From: a virus
DNA length: 39,407 bases
Virus record (IMG/VR): IMGVR_UViG_3300014962_000001
Span: 1-39,407 of that record
Direction: 5' to 3' (one strand)
A program made the position numbers and the translations under genes. The notes beneath the pieces are model-generated. The model saw only the letters and a list, made by a program, of their open reading frames with translations. It made no database searches and was not told the origin of the DNA. Below are positions 33,489-39,407 of the stretch, one piece after another; the first letter of the stretch is position 1, and each line of letters starts with the position of its first letter.

Positions 33489-35080
33489 CTTCTAAGTTTC
33501 TGCGTCATATTGCCTGCGAACACTGTGGAAGCACTGACGGGAATTCGCTCTATGATGATGGGCACACTCACTGCTTTGTCTGTGGTAAAACCGAGTTTGA
33601 ACATCAAATCGAAGAAAGATCAGTTATGAGGGACGCTGTAGCGCCTAGAAAGACACCTGTGGAACTAAAAGGTACAATAAAGTCAATCCCTGATCGTGGA
33701 ATCACTCAACAAACTTGTGAGAAATTTGGAGTTACTCAAGATGAAGGAAAACATTATTATCCTTACACTGACGCAGGATCAAATGTGGTCGCTGTTAAGG
33801 TACGAAACGTATCTGACAAATCTTTTAGCATTGGTGGACGCTTTACAGAAGCGACACTTTTTGGTCAACATCTGTTCCACGGAAGCGGTAAGTACGTCAC
33901 TATCTACGAAGGAGAACTCGACGCTCTTGCAGGCTATCAGCTCACTGGAAGTCAATGGCCCTCGGTCAGCATTCGCAACGGAGCACAAGCAGCCCTGAAG
34001 GACTGTAAAGCACAGTACGAATGGCTCAATAGCTTCGAGAACATCGTCATTTGCTTCGATGCCGACGAACCCGGCCAGAAGGCAGCTAAAGAGGTTGCTG
34101 AACTGTTTGGTCAGAAAGCCAAGATTGTCAAGCACAAGAGTGGTTACAAGGATGCTTGTGAGTACTTGCAGGCAGGAGCTACGAAGGAGTTTGTCAATGA
34201 ATGGTGGAAAGCTGAAACGTACATTCCTGACGGCATCGTCAATGCTGCTGACCTGTGGGAGGAAATCTGTAAGCCTGAGCCTGTAGCGGAAGCGCAGTAT
34301 CCTTGGAAAGGGCTTAACAAGCTGCTATATGGCCTGCGGCGGGCAGAACTGATTACGGTCACCGCAGGGTCTGGGTTGGGTAAGAGTCAATTTCTACGGG
34401 AGATCCTGTATCATCTGCTAAAGACTACACAGTGGAACATTGGTGGTCTATTCTTGGAGGAATCCACGAGGAAGACTGCTAGGAGTATCATGTCTCTTCA
34501 TGCTAATAAGCTGTTGCATTTGCCCGATACGCCAGTAACTGAACAGGAGCTTAAAGATGCCTTTGATAACACTCTCGGTACTCATCGTATTTACCTTTTC
34601 GACCACTTTGGCAGTTCTGACGTGGATAACATATCTAACCGCATACGATACATGGCTAAGGCGTGTGATTGCAAGGTTATCTTTCTTGATCACATTTCTA
34701 TTGTTGTTAGTGGTCTGGATAATGGTGATGAGCGTAAAGCTATTGACTCAATGATGACGAAATTGCGTACACTGGTACAGGAACTGGAAGTTACCTTGAT
34801 CTGTGTATCACACCTACGGAGGCCACAAGGAAATGCAGGACACGAAGACGGACAAGCTGTATCGCTCAGTCAGCTTAGAGGATCTGGAGCGATTGCACAA
34901 CTCAGCGATGCAGTCATTACTCTTGAACGGAACAGCATGGCTGAGAATGAGTCAGAGCGTCACCGCACACGAGTGGCAGTTGCAAAGAATCGGTACAATG
35001 GATACACTGGCCCAGCCTGTGACCTTCAGTACGTTAAAGAAACAGGACGAATGATTGAAATGGAAGAGGAACAACTATGA
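33485..35080 (+). CDS. T7 gp4-like bifunctional primase-helicase
   Basis: Zn finger CEHCGS..(15)..CFVCG. TOPRIM motifs YEGELDAL and FDADEPG. Walker A GSGLGKS and Walker B IFLDHIS. Confidence 0.95.
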   Translation: MTSKFLRHIACEHCGSTDGNSLYDDGHTHCFVCGKTEFEHQIEERSVMRDAVAPRKTPVELKGTIKSIPDRGITQQTCEKFGVTQDEGKHYYPYTDAGSNVVAVKVRNVSDKSFSIGGRFTEATLFGQHLFHGSGKYVTIYEGELDALAGYQLTGSQWPSVSIRNGAQAALKDCKAQYEWLNSFENIVICFDADEPGQKAAKEVAELFGQKAKIVKHKSGYKDACEYLQAGATKEFVNEWWKAETYIPDGIVNAADLWEEICKPEPVAEAQYPWKGLNKLLYGLRRAELITVTAGSGLGKSQFLREILYHLLKTTQWNIGGLFLEESTRKTARSIMSLHANKLLHLPDTPVTEQELKDAFDNTLGTHRIYLFDHFGSSDVDNISNRIRYMAKACDCKVIFLDHISIVVSGLDNGDERKAIDSMMTKLRTLVQELEVTLICVSHLRRPQGNAGHEDGQAVSLSQLRGSGAIAQLSDAVITLERNSMAENESERHRTRVAVAKNRYNGYTGPACDLQYVKETGRMIEMEEEQL

Positions 35081-35331
35081 GTAATCTTTTTAAGAAAGTA
35101 AGAATTGTTCATTCACCTATTGAACAAGTCTACTCTGTTCAAATTAAGCCCTTATGGAGTTTTAGCTGGTCTTCTGTGGATGGTTTTCCTTATAAAGAAA
35201 TTCCAGAGATGCGTCCATTTGGGGTTAATGACACACAAGATAAAGCTTTTGAAAAGGCTAAAACAAAAGCAGAAACTCTATTGGCTAAAACAGTTGTGTG
35301 GGAACAAGCTAACTATTTTTGGATGTGCTAA
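35077..35331 (+). CDS. hypothetical protein
   Basis: 84-aa ORF; ATGA overlap. Confidence 0.5.
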   Translation: MSNLFKKVRIVHSPIEQVYSVQIKPLWSFSWSSVDGFPYKEIPEMRPFGVNDTQDKAFEKAKTKAETLLAKTVVWEQANYFWMC

Positions 35332-35487
35332 ATGATTAAAAACGATGTAAGAGAAGCTGGTAAAGGCGATGCACCACGTAAGCAACAAGACCAAAAGGCT
35401 TACGAGGAAGGATGGGATAGGATTTTCCGTCCTAGGCCTAAAGAGGAACCTGTGAAGCAACATCAAGAGGATGAATGTAATGACTAA
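35332..35487 (+). CDS. small hypothetical protein (51 aa; not in the ORF track)
   Basis: MIKNDVREAGKGDAPRKQQDQKAYEEGWDRIF... (the YxEGWDRIF motif recurs in small phage proteins). Confidence 0.45.
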   Translation: MIKNDVREAGKGDAPRKQQDQKAYEEGWDRIFRPRPKEEPVKQHQEDECND

Positions 35488-35656
35488 GCAAGAACTGTAT
35501 GAAGAATTGATGCAAGACAACACACGTTATTGTTGTTATTGCGGTCAAGTCCAGCATGGTTTTGGTTGTTGTGGTGAAAATCACTTTGAAACCTTTGCTG
35601 AGATGGACAAAGACCGTCAGGAAGAGTTTCTTTCTTATGAGGACTATGAAGAATGA
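35480..35656 (+). CDS. Cys-rich small protein
   Basis: CCYCG...GCCG motif. Confidence 0.45.
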   Translation: MTKQELYEELMQDNTRYCCYCGQVQHGFGCCGENHFETFAEMDKDRQEEFLSYEDYEE

Positions 35657-35802
35657 CCGTAGAACACTTGATCGTAGGAGCTACAGGCCTTGGCTATCTT
35701 GTCGTAGGTGTGCTACAATGGAGCAAAGGAGATCTATCTAACGGCATGATCTGGTTGGGGTACAGTGCTGCTCAAGTCGGTTTGTTTTTAAATTTAAAAT
35801 GA
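35653..35802 (+). CDS. 49-aa membrane protein (not in the ORF track)
   Basis: MTVEHLIVGATGLGYLVVGVLQW...GMIWLGYSAAQVGLFLNLK; two hydrophobic helices. Confidence 0.4.
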   Translation: MTVEHLIVGATGLGYLVVGVLQWSKGDLSNGMIWLGYSAAQVGLFLNLK

Positions 35803-35808
35803 GGTATA

Positions 35809-36033
35809 ATGATGGCTGACATTGCAATGTGTATGGACAACTCGTGTCCAGAAAGACATTCTTGCTATAGGTATAATGCAGTGCCGAATCCGTATCGACA
35901 AAGCTATTTTGCTGAAAGCCCGAGGAAGATGGATGGATGTCCTTATTATTCAAAAGTGAGAGATACAGATGAGGTTAGTTCTAGATATCGAAACGGATCT
36001 ATCACACAAGAAGATCCATCTGGTAGTCACTAA
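35809..36033 (+). CDS. Cys-rich small protein
   Basis: CMDNSCPERHSCYRY motif. The 3' end overlaps the polymerase start by 65 nt. Confidence 0.45.
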   Translation: MMADIAMCMDNSCPERHSCYRYNAVPNPYRQSYFAESPRKMDGCPYYSKVRDTDEVSSRYRNGSITQEDPSGSH

Positions 36034-37681
36034 AGACATTGATACAGGTGAAGTAAGAACATGGAAAGAAGCAACTGGCCTAAGCGACTATCTAAGCATG
36101 GCTACACTCCTGATTGCTCACAATGGAATCGGATTCGATTTTCCAGTGTTGAACAGATCATGGAAGACGAAGATCAGATTGAAGCACGTATTCGACACTC
36201 TTATCGTAAGCAGGCTTCTCGATCCGAGCAGGGAACAAGGACACTCTCTGGAGGCATGGGGACAGTCTCTAGGCTTCAGGAAGATTAACTATAAGTCCGT
36301 ATGGCAATGGCTCCAAGGCAGACGAGAGGAATACGATGGAGAATGTTTCGATAAACCTATTGATAATCTTCTGGAGTCTTATTGCATTAGGGACGTTGAA
36401 GTATGTGCTAAGCTTTACAATCATCTATCTATGGAATTGGATGCTAAAGAGTTTAGTAAAGAGTCAGTTGAATTGGAACACAAAGTCGCGGCTATAATCG
36501 CAGAACAGGAACGCAATGGATTCAAATTGGACACCGTTTACGCCACTTGTCTTCTTATTGACATCAAAGGAAAAATGGCAGGAATATATGAACAGATGCA
36601 AAGTAGATGGCCTCCCTACGAGGTTGCACGAGTCTCAGAAAAAACAGGAAAGCAACTCAAGCCCTTGCTGGTTACTTTCAACCCCGGAAGCAGACAACAA
36701 ATCGGACAAAAGCTGATCGAGCTTGGGTGGAAACCTAAACAGTTTACACCTACGGGTCATCCGATTGTTGACGAATCTGTGCTAGCTAAGTTGGACATTC
36801 CAGAGGCTAAACTGATTGCTGATTATCTGATGCTCCAGAAGCGTGTAGCTCAGATAGAGAGCTGGTTAGAGGCTGTGAAGGAAGACGGCAGGGTTCACGG
36901 TAAAGTTATTACCAACGGGGCAGTGACAGGCCGCATGACACACAGTAGCCCTAACATGGCACAGATCCCTAATGCAGGATCAGTGTATGGGCATGAGTGT
37001 CGTGAGTGCTGGTCTGTTGAAGATGGTAATGTCTTGGTAGGCTGTGACGCTTCAGGTCTGGAGCTTCGGATGCTTGCTCACTACATGAAGGATGAAGGAT
37101 ATGTCAGAACAGTTACTGAAGGAAGCTCTAAAGATGGTACAGATGTCCATACAGTTAATCAACGAGCAGCGGGCCTTGCTAGTCGAGACAACGCAAAGAC
37201 TTTCATCTATGCTTTTCTATATGGAGCAGGCGATGCTAAAATTGGAAGCATCATTGGAGGAACCGCCAAAGATGGAGCAAAGCTCAAATCAAAATTTCTT
37301 CAGCAAACCCCAGCCTTGGCAAAGTTGCTTGAACGAGTTTCTAGGCAAGCAGAAAAAGGATGGGTACCGGGACTTGACGGCAGACGTATCTGGGTGCGCT
37401 CTATACACGCTGCACTCAACGCTCTCCTCCAAGGCGCAGGAGCTATCGTAATGAAGAAAGCATTGTGTATCTTCTACGACAAGATCAAGGCTAATAAGTG
37501 GCCTGTAAAGCTAGTCGCTAATGTGCATGATGAATTTCAGTTTGAGTGTCCTCCTTCGGTAGCTGAAGAGGCAGGCAAAGCGGCCCGTCAAAGCATCATA
37601 GATGCAGGGATTTATTTCAACCTTCGATGTCCTTTGGACGGGGAGTACAAAATTGGCAAATCATGGAAAGAAACACACTGA
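35969..37681 (+). CDS. family A (T7-like) DNA polymerase with 3'-5' exonuclease domain
   Basis: Exo I LDIETD. Motif A DASGLELR, motif B RDNAKTFIYAFLYGAG, motif C VHDE. Confidence 0.95.
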   Translation: MRLVLDIETDLSHKKIHLVVTKDIDTGEVRTWKEATGLSDYLSMATLLIAHNGIGFDFPVLNRSWKTKIRLKHVFDTLIVSRLLDPSREQGHSLEAWGQSLGFRKINYKSVWQWLQGRREEYDGECFDKPIDNLLESYCIRDVEVCAKLYNHLSMELDAKEFSKESVELEHKVAAIIAEQERNGFKLDTVYATCLLIDIKGKMAGIYEQMQSRWPPYEVARVSEKTGKQLKPLLVTFNPGSRQQIGQKLIELGWKPKQFTPTGHPIVDESVLAKLDIPEAKLIADYLMLQKRVAQIESWLEAVKEDGRVHGKVITNGAVTGRMTHSSPNMAQIPNAGSVYGHECRECWSVEDGNVLVGCDASGLELRMLAHYMKDEGYVRTVTEGSSKDGTDVHTVNQRAAGLASRDNAKTFIYAFLYGAGDAKIGSIIGGTAKDGAKLKSKFLQQTPALAKLLERVSRQAEKGWVPGLDGRRIWVRSIHAALNALLQGAGAIVMKKALCIFYDKIKANKWPVKLVANVHDEFQFECPPSVAEEAGKAARQSIIDAGIYFNLRCPLDGEYKIGKSWKETH

Positions 37682-37856
37682 CGCTGACGCTATCACAGGA
37701 CAGATTGTAATCAATTTGTATGAGGATAGTTTTGAAGTCAAGTCTACAGAGACAGTTGATCTGTTTACTGTGTGGGCTGTAGCGATAGGCATCCAAGAAT
37801 ATTTGGAAAATATCGCTGAAGACCTTGACAAAGTAGACAAGATCATGCTACAATAA
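37602..37856 (+). CDS. hypothetical protein; the only ATG lies 80 nt inside the polymerase gene
   Basis: The region downstream of the polymerase stop reads like a protein, but there is no canonical start after that stop. Confidence 0.35.
   Translation: MQGFISTFDVLWTGSTKLANHGKKHTDADAITGQIVINLYEDSFEVKSTETVDLFTVWAVAIGIQEYLENIAEDLDKVDKIMLQ
37825..37854 (+). promoter_or_regulatory. sigma70-like promoter TTGACA-N18-TGcTACAAT, upstream of the tRNA
   Basis: Perfect -35, extended -10, and a 5/6 -10 hexamer. It ends 18 nt before the tRNA 5' end. Confidence 0.65.
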
Positions 37857-37872
37857 TTGTGTAGTAGAAAAA

Positions 37873-37957
37873 GCGAGTGTGGTGAAACAGGCAAACACAC
37901 TGGATTTAAAATCCAACGCCGTAAGGCTTGCGGGTTCGATTCCCGCCACTCGCACCA
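37873..37957 (+). tRNA. tRNA-Leu (anticodon UAA), type II with a long variable arm and encoded CCA
   Basis: Acceptor stem GCGAGTG/CACTCGC. T arm GCGGG-TTCGATT-CCCGC. Anticodon loop TT-TAA-AA. 85 nt. Confidence 0.9.
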
Positions 37958-37994
37958 ACCCGCTGCATTGCAGCACAATTTAAAGGAAAATGAA

Positions 37995-38414
37995 ATGGAT
38001 ATGAAACCTGTAAAGATCGGTGGTGAACTCTTCTGGAGCAACTGGATGAACCAATACAATACTAAGTTCAACGAGGACAACAAGAAGTATGAATGCACGA
38101 TCGGTAATCTTTCAGACAAAGCCGCTGAAGCCCTTAAGGAGCTTGGCATCCAGATCAAAGAGAAAGATACGATGGGTAAATACATTGTAGGCAAGAGCCT
38201 GTATGTCTTTGAGCCTGTCGATGAAGACGGTAAGCCTGTGGATATTGCTAAGATTGGTAACGGAACTAAGGTGACTGCTCTGGTGTCTAGTTATCGTCAC
38301 AAGATGTCTGCTAAGTATGGTGCTGCTCCTTCGATCAAGAAGCTGATTGTGACCGAGCTTAAGGAATATAACCCGGAACCACGTGAGGAAGAAGAGGCTG
38401 ATGACGTTCTCTAA
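37995..38414 (+). CDS. gp2.5-like single-stranded DNA-binding protein
   Basis: 140 aa with an acidic C-terminal tail (EEEEADDVL) in the replication module. The track ORF start (37857) overlaps the tRNA and is rejected. Confidence 0.55.
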   Translation: MDMKPVKIGGELFWSNWMNQYNTKFNEDNKKYECTIGNLSDKAAEALKELGIQIKEKDTMGKYIVGKSLYVFEPVDEDGKPVDIAKIGNGTKVTALVSSYRHKMSAKYGAAPSIKKLIVTELKEYNPEPREEEEADDVL

Positions 38415-38422
38415 GGAATAGC

Positions 38423-39229
38423 ATGAAACATATTGTCTGTTACTCTGGAGGCCATTCAAGTGCGCTTGTGGCTATTGAAGTTGTTCGAAAGTTTGGTAAA
38501 GAAAACACTATTCTTCTAAATCACGACATTCATCCAAATGTAGAAAACCAAGACATTAAGCGATTTAAACAAGAAGCTGCCGACTATCTTGGTCTTCCTA
38601 TCACGTATGCGAATCATCCAGAGTGGCAGACAAAGGATCAGTTTGATGTTGTAGTTGATGCAGCTGCCTTCAAAGTTGGGAAAGGAACTGCCCTCTGTAC
38701 ACATAGGCTTAAAACACAGCCTTTTGAGAAGTACCTTGATAAGTATTTTTCAGATAAGCAGGCGATTCTGTACTACGGGTTTGATCGTAATGAAATTCAT
38801 CGCGTTCAACGTAGGTCGAGTATCCTTGCTAACATGGGTTTCAAATCTGACTATCCGTTAGCTTTATGGAGTGATAGAACAATTCAAAGTACAAAAGAGA
38901 TCGGTATTGAGCCTCCTTTGACTTATGGTAAGTTTAAACACGCCAACTGTACGGGTTGTTTAAAAGCAGGAAAACAGCACTGGTATATTGTTTTTTGTGA
39001 ACGTCCTGACATTTGGGCTAAAGCTAAAAAGGCAGAAGAACAGATAGGATATTCGATCATGAAAGATGATTACTTAGAGGAGCTTGAGCCTATGTTTGAA
39101 AAGATGAAGGCACTTGGTATTGAAGGTAACGAACACGAAGATCCTCGGACATTCTTTGCTAAGGTTAAACGCCAGATCAACGAATATCAAGACGATCTTT
39201 TTGAGAAACCTTGTGAGTGTTTTGTATGA
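38423..39229 (+). CDS. PP-loop ATP pyrophosphatase / PAPS-reductase-like protein
   Basis: N-terminal VCYSGGHSS (SGGxDS-type PP-loop). Also C..RLK and NCTGC motifs. Confidence 0.65.
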   Translation: MKHIVCYSGGHSSALVAIEVVRKFGKENTILLNHDIHPNVENQDIKRFKQEAADYLGLPITYANHPEWQTKDQFDVVVDAAAFKVGKGTALCTHRLKTQPFEKYLDKYFSDKQAILYYGFDRNEIHRVQRRSSILANMGFKSDYPLALWSDRTIQSTKEIGIEPPLTYGKFKHANCTGCLKAGKQHWYIVFCERPDIWAKAKKAEEQIGYSIMKDDYLEELEPMFEKMKALGIEGNEHEDPRTFFAKVKRQINEYQDDLFEKPCECFV

Positions 39230-39407
39230 GCGAAGCACCAAAGAAGCTACTCATTGATGCTGATTACTTAATTTACGGAATTGGTTTTGCTAGTGAGGAG
39301 GATTCTGAGAAGTTTGCAAAGAGCAGGTTAGTAGAGACATTAGAAGATTTGGTCTACATACACCTGAAGGCAGACTCTTATGAAGCCTTCTTAACTGGTA
39401 AGAACAA
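39226..39407 (+). CDS. 5'-3' exonuclease, 5' part (continues at base 2 through the overlap)
   Basis: ATGA overlap with the preceding stop. MSEAPKKLLIDADYLIYG... is the N-terminal acidic FEN motif. Confidence 0.85.
   Translation, partial: MSEAPKKLLIDADYLIYGIGFASEEDSEKFAKSRLVETLEDLVYIHLKADSYEAFLTGKN
39321..39407. repeat. Terminal overlap, copy B (identical to 1-87)
   Basis: Exact identity on direct comparison. Confidence 0.95.

Noticed and set aside
34623-34631. Additional DnaA-box-like site (TGGATAAC; complement TTATCCACG) in the primase-helicase gene
   Set aside because: It is an 8/9 match, isolated and inside coding DNA, which is compatible with chance.
35782-35810. TTGTTT-N17-TATAAT as a promoter before the polymerase region
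   Set aside because: The perfect TATAAT sits between the GAGG RBS and the ATG of the next gene, so a transcript starting there would lack that start codon. This is probably coincidence.
37857-37994. 5' part of the 185-aa ORF in the track (MCSRKSECGETGKH...)
   Set aside because: This stretch is the tRNA-Leu gene read as protein. The real SSB start is the ATG at 37995, which has an AAGGA RBS.
1-39407. Searched for a phage RNA polymerase, integrase/repressor, reverse transcriptase, CRISPR, transposase and toxin-antitoxin pairs
   Set aside because: No ORF has the size or motifs required. All ORFs above 300 aa are accounted for as replication, RNR, structural or packaging proteins.

Overview
The window is a complete, circularly closed assembly of a tailed-phage genome. 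Bases 1-87 are identical to 39321-39407, so the unique length is 39320 bp, and the junction falls inside the 5'-3' exonuclease gene. Gene content is that of a T7-supergroup podovirus: gp4-type primase-helicase, family A DNA polymerase, gp2.5-like SSB, 5'-3' exonuclease, endonuclease I, portal, scaffold and capsid. There is no phage RNA polymerase, integrase or repressor. By gene content it resembles RNAP-less marine podoviruses, but I cannot run a search to confirm that. The genome has two divergent arms leaving a ~770-bp non-coding control region (28329-29100) and converging on one hairpin terminator (8173-8204). The plus arm carries small early genes (29.1-32.5 kb), a replication module (32.7-39.3 kb, wrapping to 1-1.2 kb) and a nucleotide-metabolism block (1.4-8.2 kb: ThyX, MazG, metallophosphatase, class II RNR, glutaredoxin, PhoH, ClpP-like protease). 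The minus arm (28328 down to 8210) carries packaging, head, tail, internal-protein and lysis genes. There is one tRNA-Leu(UAA) with its own near-consensus promoter. Several host-type sigma70 promoter matches sit at module boundaries. The items most worth a second look are these: (1) a 31-copy in-frame 18-nt tandem array encoding a G-[ND]-A-[QRW]-V-[SL] hexapeptide protein; (2) a control region with two perfect DnaA boxes in 11-bp phase plus other phased repeats; (3) a consensus promoter followed by an AT-rich inverted repeat just ahead of the replication genes; (4) sharp GC mosaicism of the large fibre gene and the capsid gene; (5) a very acidic Ocr-sized early protein; (6) a set of tiny membrane peptides; (7) a PP-loop ATPase in the replication module. 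All functional calls come from motifs I can read in the translations and from synteny. No database search was possible.
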